The position numbers and the translations under genes were made by a program. A stretch of DNA of 64,000 nucleotides from Lytechinus pictus. Taxonomy: Eukaryota. The number at the start of each line of letters is the position of its first letter. Position 1 is the stretch's first letter. The stretch lies in assembly GCF_037042905.1 (NCBI RefSeq), contig NC_087250.1, positions 12,836,001 through 12,900,000 of the forward strand, written 5' to 3'. Shown here in pieces: positions 13,873 through 27,252 of the stretch. Below the pieces are notes generated by a model that saw only the letters and a program-made list of their open reading frames with translations, searched no databases and was not told the origin of the DNA.

Positions 13873-15694
13873 GCGTTGCGGCATGCACTGTAAACCCACT
13901 CAACATGCTCAAGTCAGACACGCCGCCCCGCACAGAAAAGTCAAGCCAGAACTAACTTTTTAGTTAAGTCGTGTGTTGTGGACGCCAGAAGTAACGTGCA
14001 GCATGCGCGACCCATTAACAATAGATAGAAATCCACTGCCAAACGCGGTTCTTTAATTGTGCGAGGTTAGTATACAGATAATGAATGTTTATGAGTGCAA
14101 TTCGGTGACAGATGAAATAATGATCCATTCAACTCGGCTACGCCTCGTTGAATGGATCATTTCATCTTTCACCTCATGAAGTATTCTGTCCATTGCACGA
14201 ATAAAAAAAACATTCATTATTTGGTTTATATGACACCAGGTGGGTGTTTCATAAAGCTGTTCGTAAGATACAAATGACTTTACGCACGACTGGTGATCCT
14301 TTCTTGTGCTATGTGATATCCCTATGTAATTGATTTATGACCTAAGAACATGTTCCAGTCGTGCGTAAAGTTGTGCGTAACTTAACGAACAGCTTTATGA
14401 AACACCCTCATGAATTTTTTTTTGTTCATATGAAATTCATGAATTTCGATGCAAAACATGCAATGCAGTGCGAGTTCGGTCTGTTGATTGTTACGTCATT
14501 ACAACAAGCGCACTGCTGGTGCCTGCAGCTGCAGTCTCGGTGCGCGAGTGCAATGGACAAAATAGTATGGATCCAAAATTGCACGATGAATGGATCTAAA
14601 ATTGCACGGTCGATGACGTCATTATAAAATGGGCTGGATGATCGAACAACCAATCAAATCACAAGGATCTATCTAGGTGTCATATAAAGTATATTACTAA
14701 CAGTAGAGGTGAGGCCCTGGTCCAAAAATTGTCCCAGATAACAGGATATCCTCTATCTACTATCTAGTCTTAAAATTTAACCAGGACAAATCATGAGAAA
14801 CTGAGATTGTCCTTGTTTATAATTATGGGGACAGCTTTTTTCCTCTTAGATTTACCCCTGGCCTGCGGGAATTAGACTGCAATTACTGGGATTAAAAGTG
14901 CTAATAGATAGATTCAGTGACCTCAATTCCCCCCAGTCTATTTTTCACAATTTGCTGTCTTCCAATGTTATTGTTATGAAACCTGATATGTTTACATTGA
15001 TTAGCGCACTCAATTGATGACGGCGTTTGACAGGTGAACGAACTTTCATAGATTTCTTGTGTGGAGAAATTTTTGAAAACTGAGACAGTCCCTGTATTTT
15101 CTGATCAGCGCGTCTACTGACTGATTGTACTTTGACCTGTTCAAACCCTCCGAGGGCCCAGACCAAGTCCCTGCAATAAGCCTGTTCATGGTTGTAAACT
15201 GCGCACGAGCAGAAAAAGGTGATTGGAGACAACCATGAAGGTGGCTTTCAAATTCACTGACATAGGCATTTGTGATTTGATGATTATTCATGTATTCCTT
15301 TCAAAATATTCATTTTATCACATCCAAACTGAAGAGTAATAAATAGAGCCTTCATAATCACTGGTATTTGACAGTAGCCTAAACAATAGTCAAATGTGCC
15401 AAAGGCAGACAATAAAACAGATTTCCAAACTTTATCCCTGATGTACTATTCTAGTCACCTGGTCTATACAATGCCTTTTGTTCTTAGAAACTGAATACTC
15501 TACTGGTAAAGCTTATGCAACATCTACATTTGAAAATGATAGTGCTTATCCTAATGAAAAATCACAAAGGTCATTTGAGAAAAGTTGATCATGAGCTAAC
15601 CGTGAACTGGCTTATTTCCTTTGACTTTGTAGATCCCCTGTAGATCTACATGTATCATGTACACTGTATTGCTGCAAAAAAAAGGATTACCATG

Positions 15695-16047
15695 ATAATA
15701 ATAATCCGCTTTTATATAGCGCTTAATACATCGGAACGAAGTGTCTAAGCACTTTACAGATATATTATTACCCTTATCCAATTCAAACAGTCATTCCCGC
15801 ACACAATGTGTGCACATCCTTCACTCCCTGGGGAGTATTCCAGTCAGTCGCCGGTGAGGCACACACAGTACTGGACAAGCTACAATGACTTTCACATCCT
15901 GCCGGTTACCCATTTAGCACCTGGGTCGAGAGTGGCAAAGTGTGGATAGAATTAACGCCTTGCCATAGGACGCCAGACCGTGGTGGGATTCGAACACACG
16001 ACCCTCTGTTTACAAGGCGAGAGTCAGAACCACTACACCACAGCTCC
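15695..16047 (-). mobile_element. tRNA-derived SINE
   Basis: Minus strand begins ggagctgtggtgtagtgg (A box) ...gttcgaatcc (B box), then a central aaatgggtaaccgg body and a 3' tail gcgctatataaaagcggattattattat. Partial copies at ~27680-27870, ~32245-32435 and ~32590-32760. Confidence 0.85.
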
Positions 16048-16834
16048 TCCATACTATGGTGACAAATCGAAATGTGATAAGCAGATTCCTCATGAAAAAT
16101 TACCCCTCTTTACAGGTTTCTTTAAAAATTTACCGTCTACTTTGTTTTCGTTAGGATTTTTGTTGTCCACACACAAACCAAATGGGCTTCTGACCTCGGA
16201 CTCATTGAGACAAAATTCTGCGTGGAAAAGATTATGTTTTTTCTTTTGTCCTGTAGGTTGTAGCGAAGCAATTTATTGGGAGAGATTGTCTCCCATCTTG
16301 GTGAGAGTCTCCCATATTTGTAATTGCCGTGCGCCTCTACTGCACTAGCAAGTTCAGTTATCTCCATGAGTGCGAGGACTGTCAATTTAGTCAAATTTTA
16401 GGGATTTTTCATGGCACTTCATGTCTTCAGATTTAGCCAACAGCCATACTTGCGCCAGAAATATTCAAATTTAGATGCCCGCGCAACATACATGTACTTT
16501 TGTAGGTTGTTGGACTGACATTGACTTTGGGCTAAAATATTAGAAAGTAGGATATTGCATGGTTCTCCCCCCACAACTAACAAAGACAAGTTGAAGTTGT
16601 TCCATGCAAAGTCAATTCACTTTCAGTAGGTTTTTATGTACGTATTTATGGTGAAAGATGAGTCGTACATGGTTCAAAACATCAAAGTACTCTATGATTA
16701 TATTCAAGTAACTTTATGTACGCTTCAGATTGGAAGTGCTGTATCATTGTCAGTGCCATTTGGAAGCGCAGTAGCTGAGTTAGTAGAGCATTGGTTCCGT
16801 ACAGTAATCTTTTAAACCAGGGATTGAACCTTAA

Positions 16835-17418
16835 AGGAGAATGAAACTCTTGGAGCAAGTTAGCTTTTGTGAAAGCAGAAAAATAAAAGAATAAGATCAA
16901 CAAAAGTTTGAGTAAAATAGGACTAGCAATAGAAGAGTTATGAGCATTTGAATGTCGAGATCACTAACGCTATGGAGATCCTCCCATTGGCAATGCGACC
17001 AAGATCTATGATGTCACAGATGAACAACTCTCCCCTTTTGGACTCTGAAAATATACCCCAAAACATCTCTTTTTGCTCATTCTAATCATATGACAAACGA
17101 TTCATCAACGATATAATGTTGTGAAACCTCTGTACCTGTCCTCTCATAAAGAGAACACCTCACCTTGTGATAGACTCTATAAAAGTGAGAATATAAGTGA
17201 AATAAGTACTAAAGTAATGAGGGAGTTGTACGTGTGTGACATCACAGATCTTGGTCGCATTGCCAATTGGAGGATCTACATGGCATTCGTGATCTCGACA
17301 TTCAAATGCTCATAACTTTCTTATTATTCATTCAATCCTCCTCAAACTTTCCACAATATGTTTCTTTGACTTTTCTCTTTGATATGGATTCAGCTGGTTT
17401 CAAGGGTTTCATTCTCCT
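16835..17418. mobile_element. Palindromic MITE with TTAA TSD (Kolobok-like)
   Basis: ttaa|AGGAGAATGAAAC...GTTTCATTCTCCT|ttaa with long inverted arms. Confidence 0.8.
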
Positions 17419-17422
17419 TTAA

Positions 17423-18199
17423 GGCCCTATCACATTGTTGCTTGCTAGCCTTGCGGGTGAGTTGCGGGTCACTATTTTCCAGCACGTAACAAAATTTCTG
17501 CGGACCTTTTCCCAAGTTCTGCGTGCAGGACGCGTGCAATTTACTTTCGACTTGCGTGTATTAAGTGTGCGCTGCGGGCAAGGCGCGAGGGGGCTGGTGC
17601 AAGCTTCTGTGTAAGTTGCGGGTGACATATGAGCCCTGCGTGTTATCTACTGCCAACCTGCATCAAATCTGTGAGTTACTTGCGTGTGGGTTGCCTGGTG
17701 ATATCACCTTGGTGATTAGCAGAGGTGCTCAACAGACGTAATTATCTTTACCGCAACTAATCAGTAGGAAGACAGTAATTCGCCCTCAACATGCCTGCGA
17801 TTTGCTGGCGCCTTGCCCGTAGAACTCATCAGAAGTATGTTGGCAGTATCATGACCGTAATTCACCCGTATCATGCCCGCAGAATGCCTGCAGATAACAT
17901 GCATTTCTTGCGCATAGCTAGAGATCCGCGGGCAATCTGCGTACATGTATTTTAAGCGGGTTAACTGCCTGTAACTTGCGGGTCTCTTACTGGTGTTCTG
18001 CGTGGAACCTGCGGGCAATCACCTGCAACTCATGTTCAAAACTTTTTTGCTGGCATATCAGACTTGTGTGCGCTCCTGCGGGCAACATACGTGCAAGATA
18101 CTTTCAATGCGGGTGACCTGCAGGTAGCAAAAATAGTTACCCGCAAGTCTCACGCAAGGCTTGCACAGAGCTACATTGTACATTCTATGTGACAGAGCC
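17423..18199. mobile_element. Harbinger-like MITE
   Basis: taa|GGCCCTATCACA...TGTGACAGAGCC|taa; internal tgcggg/cccgca repeats. Confidence 0.7.
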
Positions 18200-18240
18200 T
18201 AAACTCAGTGCTCGTGCTATTTGGTAAAGGCATTTAATAA

Positions 18241-18821
18241 AGGGATGGTCCGGGCTGAAAATATTTATGGCTTAATAAATAGAGTAGAATTCACTTAGCA
18301 AAATGCCAAACATTTCATCAAAATCGGATAACAAATAACAAAGTTATTTGATTTAAAGTTTAGCAATATTTTGTGAAAACAGTCGTCATGAATATTCATT
18401 AGGTGGGCTGATGATGTCACATCCCCACTTGTTCTTTTGTATTTTATTATATAAAATTAGGTTTATTCAAATTTTTTCCTCCAAGAACTAGAAATATTGG
18501 ATGACAACTGATTTAGTGCATTAAATATTTATTGCTGCAACTTATTCAATTATAAGGGAGACATATTATTCACACAAGTATGAAATAATGAAAAAATTAT
18601 GATTTTATGTAATAACATAAGAAAATGGAAAGTGGGGATGTGACATCATCAGCCCACCTAATGAATCTTCATGAAGACTGTTTTCACAAAATATTGCTAA
18701 ATTTTAAACTTCAATAACTTTATTATTTGTTATCCGATTTTGATGAAATTTTCGGCATTTTGTTCAGTGAATTCTACTCTATGTATTAAAGATATAAATA
18801 TTTTCAGCCCGGACCATCCCT
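18241..18821. mobile_element. Palindromic MITE (Kolobok-like), same family as 1145-1732
   Basis: AGGGATGGTCCGGGCTGAAAAT...ATTTTCAGCCCGGACCATCCCT|ttaa. Confidence 0.85.
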
Positions 18822-19836
18822 TTAATTGTCATGACCAGGGCCCCATTGCATAAAAATTATGGTAACTTTGCGATCCAATGGTAACTAACATGGTAACGAT
18901 GATCAACAGTTAATTGAAATCAAGGATTCCATGCATGTTACCATTGGATGGCAAGGTTACCATAATACATTTATGCAACGAGGCCCAGGGGAGCATTTCA
19001 TCAACATTTTTTCATCCAAAAAGTTGTCAGATCTGACAACTTCCTTGACTTTGATTGGCTGAGAAGCACTGTTACTATGGCAACTGTCAGATGAAATAGG
19101 ACTTGTAGGATAAAACGACAGGTCCTTTTATGAAACGTTCCCCAGGCCCCTCAGATAGGACCTCAAAGCCTTCAGTCTTCTTGATTTCTATCTAAGAAGC
19201 ATCCAACCTGTCGGGTAAAATGAACACCACTGACATTGGGAAAAAAAGGGGGCCTGGAAAATCCCTATTCAGTGCAATGTTAAAGGTAAAAGAAAGTAGT
19301 TGCAGCAAACAGTTATTTCATGAGAAAGTCTTTAAAATCAAGGTCAAATGCATTCATAGATTACATGTAGTTCAGTTACATTGAAATAAACTCATCTCTG
19401 AGAAATCATGAAATTTTTTTCAGCTGAAAACCTGTAATTCTGATGATCACTAACACAAAAAGGCATACATGTATGTGGCCTAATGTGGGACAGTGTATAA
19501 AGATTGCTTGGAAAAATACCCAACATTTTATGGAATTCTATGCTTATTTTGTTCATTTCTGAGTAATTAAACTTTTTTCCAGAGCCATTTTGCACATATT
19601 TTTTATTTATACATGTACATGTACATACACACACACACTTGGGTGGTTATTTTATTTGATTCTATTCGAACTCATTTTGAGATGGTTACCACAACTGGCA
19701 TTTTGAAAGTTTATCCAATGTTGTTGATTTCTTGTGAAAAGTAGCCTCCAAAAATTGATTTTTTTTTTTTACCTGACCACTTTATATGATTTTCTTTCTC
19801 TCTTCAGCCCTGCGCAAGCTGCATAGCGTGGCCAGC

Positions 19837-20032
19837 ATGAGCCGACCTGCGGCCAATGGAAAGGCTCGAAGCCACACCCCTACGACCAATCAGGACCTTG
19901 CAAGCCTGTTTGAATGTCCGGTGTGCTTCGACTATGTTCTACCACCGATCCTTCAGTGTCAGAGCGGTCATCTAGTCTGCTCTAATTGCCGACCCAAACT
20001 CAACTGCTGCCCCACGTGTAGGGGTCCATTAG
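19837..20032 (+). CDS. SIAH1: Siah/Sina E3 ubiquitin ligase, coding exon with RING finger (exon acceptor at 19808)
   Basis: [46 protein letters not shown] is the canonical Siah RING; donor AG|gtaag at 20033, phase 1. Confidence 0.97.
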
Positions 20033-20739
20033 GTAAGACAACCATTACTGTGTTATCAAAATGGTTCCATGACATTTGCTGCGACGGCAATTGCTCCGCG
20101 GTATAAATTCCTCACACAAATGAAATGACCAAGTACCAACTTTATCCTTGGATTTAAGCTATTAAAATATATACCCTATCCTAAACCTTACCCTAAACCC
20201 AACATAAAACCCTATTGCAACCCTAACCCTATATATCTTAGATGAAGTATAGCCTGGAGCAATTGTTGCAGGAGCAAATATCGTGTCACCTATTAAAATA
20301 CCATGCAGCGTACGCACTGTACTTTATTTATTTCTGGTGCAAGGAGCCACTTGACTTTTAAGAATAGACAAACATAAACCCTAGTATGGTTTTCAGTAAA
20401 AAAAAAAAAGAAAAAAAATACATTGTAAGAAAAAGTCTGCTGTTATAACCGACCCACATTCAATTGCTGCCCGATGTATAGGGGCCCACTAGAAAGACAT
20501 TAATTTTCCTGTTTGAAATACCATGCAGTGTACATGTACATACTACTATACTGTACTTCACATGTAGTTTGTCTGGTGCAACATAACATAGCCACTTGAT
20601 AGATAAGAGTAGGCATTCACAACCCTCTATGATTTTCAAGTAATTAAAACAAATGATAAAAGTAATAAGAATAAGAAAGGAAGAGCTTGAGAGGATTGAA
20701 AGTAGGGTTTTGGGGTTAGTCTGCCAGTGTAGACTCAAA

Positions 20740-21038
20740 GGCCCGTATTCTGAAGTCGATTTAACTTAGACTCAGGTTTAAGTATGGAAAGCCAATTGTT
20801 ACATAAATCACTTACAGTAGAAATATATTTCAGCTCATTTGGCTATCAAATCATTCATAATTGTCTAGGAAGTATAAAAAGATGATTGTCTTCACCATCG
20901 ATGAATCAGGAAAGAGCACAGTAAACATAAGAAACATACAACATACAGTAATACAAATTTTGATACTTTTGGCTTCCCATACTTAAACTACAACTTGAAA
21001 CCTGAGTTTAAGTTAAGCCCGACTTCAGAATACGGGCC
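20740..21038. mobile_element. MITE
   Basis: TIR GGCCCGTATTCTGAAGTCG...CGACTTCAGAATACGGGCC. Confidence 0.75.
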
Positions 21039-22379
21039 ATATTGTATTGTCTCCCGAGCACTGTTCCAGTTTATATTTGCATATATTTTGTAGTACTAGT
21101 AATCTGTTTTAATTACTTGTAAATTTTGTGATTGTACTGTAATCAACAAAAGGCATGAGAAAAAAAAAACATGTCCAATGTGGGTAATATCTATTTTAGC
21201 CTACATTATAAAGAAAATTAACTAATCATCAGTTTTGCATGAAGTTGGATGCTACAAACAGCTGTTTGAATGCACTCCTTTTGGACTGGATTGAAGCCAG
21301 TAGCGAGTGTAGAGATTGTGAAAGTAGCGCACGGGAAACCTCAAATTTCTTCTTCCTGTTTAGTTGTCACTTTTGACATTATGCAGTAGACTTAGGATAT
21401 TTTTGGTATAGCGTATGTACTTGTACCAACATGTGTAATATGCACAGTGTACATGGCCCTGGGAAGCGGGGTGCTGGTGATGGTGAAGCACCACTGAAAA
21501 TTTCCTTGGGGGTGCTGTATGTATTATTCTCCATAGGCAGCACCCCCAGGTATTTTGGAAGATGTGTAAAAATGGAAAAATGTAACCAAAATGACCTTCA
21601 TTTTGTAGTGAAACCTCTTCTTTTTTTTTGCTTTACAAGTTTATCAGGACCAATTTGATTTCCATTTTGAACTGAAAACCTTTTTTTTTTACTTTTCAAA
21701 TTTACATCAGCACCCCCAGTCACTGCAGTAGGTTTCGCCTTTATAAAAGTTGTGTAATTTTGAAATGAAAACGATTTGAGTATAAAGACCAATATTTAAA
21801 AAGTGTTCCACTGTTGGTAACAGGCAATAGGAGACTTCCTTCTGTTTGTTATATTTGTTGACCAATCTCTGCATAAAAAGGGAAGTTGGTATATCCTGAT
21901 TCAAATGACCATTAGAAACAAAACAACAGATGCAGTTCCGAAACAATGCTATATAAGAATAGAATGAGATTTGAAATGAAAATTAACGCCCACTCCAATC
22001 TCCCGTTTAGGAATAAGTACATGCACATTGCACATGTCTTTGTAAAGCACCAGTATGCAAAAAAACAAAACAATAATATTGAAAATATACATACCCAGAA
22101 CTGTCATTTCCCGATAATAACTGGGAAAGAGGAAGATAATGGGCAGCTTTAAGATTAAAAAAAAATCTTCTTTAAAAACGTCTTTGACATGTTTACCTGG
22201 CCAAGAATACTGTGGTACACATGCGCAAGGCAAAGATGTGCATACAGTGTATTAAAGTGCATAACAAATATTCTTTGCCAAACAACCATGTTGTAGAAGT
22301 CACCAAACTACATGTAAAGCAGCCTCAGTTTTAAGGTTAATTAAATAATCCACTTTCTTCATACATCCATCCTTGCCAG

Positions 22380-22619
22380 GGAGCATCAGGAATTTAGCTA
22401 TGGAGAAGGTAGCCCAGACCGTCATGTTCCCGTGCCGCTACGCATCGTCCGGCTGCGTGGCCACCATGTCCTACAACGAGAAGCAGGACCACGAAGAAAC
22501 GTGCGAGTATCGTCCCTACTCCTGTCCTTGCCCGGGGGCCTCCTGCAAGTGGCAAGGATCGCTGGACCAAGTCATGCCCCACCTGACGCACGCCCACAAG
22601 AGTATCACCACGTTGCAAG
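22380..22619 (+). CDS. SIAH1: Siah coding exon (Sina zinc fingers)
   Basis: [21 protein letters not shown]...[43 protein letters not shown]; ccag| acceptor and G|gtaat donor, phases match neighbouring exons. Confidence 0.97.
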
Positions 22620-22694
22620 GTAATGCTAGGTTCACACAGCTTTTCTGTGGGCTTGATTAAAAAGTATAAACAATTTTATGAAAATTTTACTATA

Positions 22695-24297
22695 CAGTGC
22701 GTCCCAGAAAAAACGAAACCGAGATTAAGCGATGATTTATCGAAACTTAATCACAAATACAATAGACAAATGACCTACCAATGTAAAGCTTAGGATCTCC
22801 AGACTCCTCTTTCATCTCATATTACTTAGATTATTCCCCATTCACGCATGAATGAGCAAAAACAATTTGAAGAAAGGATATCAAAAACTCATTTGGCGGG
22901 GGGTATCTGAATTTCAAAAAGAAAATCACATACCTAAAAAGTTCAATATCTGCTCTTTTATTTGATACCTTAATCACAAAAAATGGTCAAGAAGTCAAAA
23001 AGTTATGTTCCCTCGAAACAATGCTTGTATTTCCATAATTTCATTAAATAAACGTGTTTTCACCGGTTCCCCACAGAAGCTATCGCATGGTTAACAAAAG
23101 ACTTAATGCATGGCTGATCGTCAACAAAACGGAGTTCGAGTGAGTTTAAACGCTAGCCCGTAAAACCTTTTCATTTTATGAAATTATTGAAATTCAAGCC
23201 TTATTTCAAATAGCCAGAACTTTCTTATTTCTTGATCCTTTTCTGTAATTGAGGTATCAAATTAAAGAGCAGATATTGAACTTTTTAACCCTAATTCTCC
23301 GGGGGGGGGGGGGGGGGGGCCATTATGGCCCCCCCCCTCGACAATTTTCGCGATATATTTGCTGCGCAAAATTTTTTGACCTCGCCGCTCACTGACTTTT
23401 TACTTTTAAGTCTCGCGCAAATTTTGAGACCAAATTTGTGACGCCCAGGTACGCGGTTACGACATTACGCAACATTATGTAAGTGCATGTCAGACCCAAA
23501 ATTGCTCATAAACGTGATTTCATGTACAAATCCAATGCAAATTGTGTATTTGGCCAAAATTCATAAATGTATCATTATTTCTACTTTTACTGATTAAACT
23601 TAATCAATTTTGCCTTGTTTATGATCAGAATTAAGTCTGGAACGATTTCCATCGAAAAAACAATAAAAAACAAAAAGTAAAAATACAAGGAAATACATAA
23701 GAAATTTAAAAAACAATAAAATACATAAGAAATCGGTCTTGGTACCAGAATTTTTTTCATTCACAATTGTTAGGAACGCTGTAAAGAATATTTTTACAAA
23801 AAATAGCATTCTAGGAGCTTTATTTAGTGAATCAGAGCAAAAAGTATGATTTCATGAATAAATTAGCATAATTAATTCATATAAAATAAAAATATATGAA
23901 TTCAGTGAAATTTACCTATGCAACTGCATAGATTACGTCATTCTCTACCATCATGCAAATTTTCGTTGTGATCGCGCAATCCATGGCTGAGATCTTAAGG
24001 GGGGGCCATAATGGCCCCCCCCGGGAATGACAAGAATCAAAATACCCCGGGAGATTGAGGGTTAAAGATGTAGTTTTCTTTTTGAAACCCAGATACAGCC
24101 CGCCAAATGACTTTTTGGTATCCCCTATTCAAATTGTTTTTGCTCACTCATGCGTGAATGAGAAATAATCTAAGTAATTTCAGATGAAAGAGGAGATTCT
24201 AAGCTTTACAATGGTAGGTCATTTGTCTATTGTATAGTTGATTAAGTTATGATAAATCATTGATAAATCTCGGTTTCGTTTTTTGTGGGACGCACTG
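22695..24297. mobile_element. Tc1/mariner-type non-autonomous element (TA TSD) in a Siah intron
   Basis: ta|CAGTGCGTCCCA..AAAAAACGAAACCGAGA...TCTCGGTTTCGTTTTTTGTGGGACGCACTG|ta. Confidence 0.85.
23289..24061. mobile_element. piggyBac-like MITE nested in the Tc1-type element
   Basis: ttaa|CCCT...AGGG|ttaa; related in opposite orientation to 26176-26956. Confidence 0.8.
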
Positions 24298-24504
24298 TAC
24301 AGTCTTGTAGTTTACATCCGGCTCTACACGCGTGCAAATTTTCGCGGTGATTATGCAATCAGCTGCAGAGATCTGAAGGGGGGTCATTGACCCCCTCCCC
24401 CAGTATATCCTGGTCTGAAATAGCCCAGTTAAATTAGGGTTAACTCTTTTAGCACCTGTCTAGGAGACGGGTGAATGATTTTCTCCATCCTCTCTTTCCA
24501 ACAG

Positions 24505-24591
24505 GTGAAGATGTTGTATTCCTAGCTACAGACATCAATCTTCCTGGTGCTGTGGACTGGGTCATGATACAACGCTGCTTCGGTTATCACT
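24505..24591 (+). other. Partial tandem duplicate of the next Siah exon, with its own acceptor
   Basis: tttccaacag|GTGAAGATGTTGTATTCCTAGCTACAGAC... encodes [28 protein letters not shown], a near copy of the exon starting at 24644. Confidence 0.9.
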
Positions 24592-24643
24592 GCAAGCTTA
24601 ATTATACCTGTGCATTATTTTCTTTATTCTTTCTCCCATTCAG

Positions 24644-24836
24644 GTGAAGATATTGTATTCCTAGCTACAGACATCAATCTTCCTGGTGCTGTGGACTGGG
24701 TCATGATGCAAAGCTGCTTCGGCCATCACTTTATGCTCGTCCTGGAGAAGCAAGAGAAGTACGATGGACTTCAACAATTCTTCGCTATCGTCCAACTGAT
24801 TGGATCAAGAAAACAAGCCGAAAATTTTGCTTATAG
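24644..24836 (+). CDS. SIAH1: Siah coding exon (substrate-binding domain, first part)
   Basis: [65 protein letters not shown]; cag| acceptor and AG|gtttgt donor. Confidence 0.97.
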
Positions 24837-25380
24837 GTTTGTAATTGCTTATTCATATATGGCACTTCAGAGCTCAGCAAGATTTTTTTGTGTACAAAGC
24901 CATTGATGAAACGAAATGTTCAGAGGGATTTTTTTTTTTTGGGGGGGGGGGCATGACAAAATTCACAGCACAGCAATTTATTTATGCACAGCAATTTATT
25001 TATGCACAGCAATTTATTCATTTGTAGAAGTTCTTAGTATGATGTTATTTGTCCAGAGGTGTACAGGCAGACTCATAATGTCACATGACATGATGTCAGA
25101 GGGGACTCATTTTGACATCATATGACATGAGCCATGACATCATAATACAATTATTTTGATCATGAAAATATGGACAATATTTTACCTCCAGTGGGAGATT
25201 ATTAAAAACACTCTCAGGGGCTACTTTTTTAGTTTTTAGCTCTCCAGTCAAAGTTTGCTACAGTGTAGATTATAATCCAGTAAGAATGTCAGGGGTTCTT
25301 TTTTATTTTTTAGGTTTTTTATTTTTATTTATTTTTTTTTTGGGGGGGGGGCATATTGGGGACAATTATCTGTTACTTAA

Positions 25381-25775
25381 AGGTAAATGCTAGTTTTGGT
25401 AACGATATCAAAATGAGTTCGTACAGAATCCAATGAAATGACCACCAAAGTGTCTGTTTGTATAAATAAAACGCATGTGCCAAAGGATTCTGGAAGAAAT
25501 TGTGTAATTGCTGAGAAATCAGCAAATAACCACAGGATTCGGGTAGAGCGTCGGACCCGACGCTCAAAGCAATAATTATACACTGTCCCACGTGCGCTTA
25601 TCTGTGTTGGGGAAGTTCAGTCTGAACATTTTTCAGTGTAGATTTCAAGATTTCACAAAGTTTGGTTTATGTAACTGTACCAGATCTAGATCCTCGATGA
25701 TATACTGACAATTAAGCCTGGTTTTACAGACTTTCTCATGAAATCAGTGTTTACTGCAACTACTGGAATTTCTCT
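25381..25775. mobile_element. TTAA-flanked MITE (Kolobok-like)
   Basis: ttaa|AGGTAAATGCTAGT...ACTGGAATTTCTCT|ttaa; inverted relative at ~19283-19705. Confidence 0.65.
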
Positions 25776-25777
25776 TT

Positions 25778-27045
25778 AATTTTAGTCAATAGCATATAAT
25801 ATTGTGCAATATCTGTTATATCTCCCTACAATTTCAACCAATAGTATATAATATTGTGCATTTTCTGTTACATCGCCCTTCAATTTCAGTCAATAGCATA
25901 TAATATTGTGCAATATCTGTTATATCTCCCTTCAATTTTAGTCAATGGCATATAATATTGTGCATTATCTGTTACTTAATTTTAGTCAATAGCATATAAT
26001 ATTGTGCAATATCTGTTATATCTCCGTACAATTTCAGCCAATAGTATATAATATTGTGCATTTTCTGTTACATCTCCCTTCAATTTCAGTCAATAGCATA
26101 TAATATTGTGCAATATCTGTTATATCTCCCTTCCATTTCAGTCAATGGCATATAATATTGTGCATTATCTGTTAACCCTATCTAGGCCGGGGTATTTTGG
26201 GAGTTCATATAGCCGGGGGGGGGGGGGGGGGGGGGCCTCCCAGGCCCCCCTCGAGATCTCGGCCATCGACCGCGCGATCGCGCCGAAAATTGGCACGCGG
26301 GTTGTCTGGGACATAATCTACAAAATTGTATAGTAATTTATTTCATGCGAATTGCTATTAAGTGAGTATGCTAATTTATGCTTAATTAGTATGCGAAATC
26401 ATACTTTTTCTTCTAACTCCCTAAATAAAGCTCAAAATGTTCTAATTTTTGGTATAGAAACTCTTTGTGGTGTTCTTAGCAAGTGTACATGAACAAAATT
26501 GCGATATCAAATCATTTTCTTATGTAGTATATTGTTTTTTGCTATTTCTTATGTATTTCTTTGTTTTTTTTACCTTTTGTTTTTCATTGTTTTTTCAATG
26601 AAATTTCTTGGGGACTCTTCTGAGATCATAAAAAGCATAAAATAAATACATTTAGACCAGCAAAACTAAAAATAATCATACATTTATGATTTTTGGTTGA
26701 AAACACAATTTGCATTGACTTTGTACACAAAATCACGTTTTTGAGCAATTTTTGGTCTGACGTGCACTTACATAATGTAGCATAATTTCGGAACCACGTA
26801 CCCGGGTGACGCAAAATCGGTCTCAAAAGTTGCACAAGACTTGTGAAAGTGAAAAGTCAGCGAGCGGCGCGGTCAAAAAATTTCGCACGGCAAAAATATT
26901 GCGCGGATCGTTGAGGGGGGCCTCCGAGGCCCCCCCCCCCCCCGGCCTAGATAGGGTTAAATCTCCTTTCAATTTCAGTCAATAGCATATAATATTGTGC
27001 AATATTTGTTATAATGTATCTCCCTTCAATTTCAGTCAATAGCAA
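25778..27045. repeat. 52-bp minisatellite interrupted by a piggyBac-like MITE
   Basis: Unit aatttcagtcaatagcatataatattgtgcaatatctgttatatctcccttc repeats from 25778 to ~26173 and resumes at 26961. Confidence 0.9.
26176..26956. mobile_element. piggyBac-like MITE
   Basis: ttaa|CCCTATCTAGGCCGGGG...CCCCGGCCTAGATAGGG|ttaa. Confidence 0.88.
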
Positions 27046-27074
27046 TAATATTTCCCTTTCTTTTGCTGTTACAG

Positions 27075-27252
27075 ATTAGAACTGAATGGCCATAGGAGAC
27101 GGCTATCATGGGAAGCCACACCCCGGTCCATCCATGAAGGGGTCCAAGCCGCCATCATGAACAGCGATTGTCTAGTCTTTGATTCTAGTATCGCGCAACT
27201 CTTCGCAGAAAACGGTAACCTCGGTATCAACGTCACGATATCGATGTGCTGA
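27075..27252 (+). CDS. SIAH1: Siah last coding exon
   Basis: Manual translation after ttacag|: (R)[61 protein letters not shown], the canonical Siah C-terminus. Not present in the ORF track. Confidence 0.97.

Noticed and set aside
15978..16047. tRNA gene on the minus strand
   Set aside because: The A/B boxes continue into a SINE body and simple-repeat tail that have other partial copies in the window.
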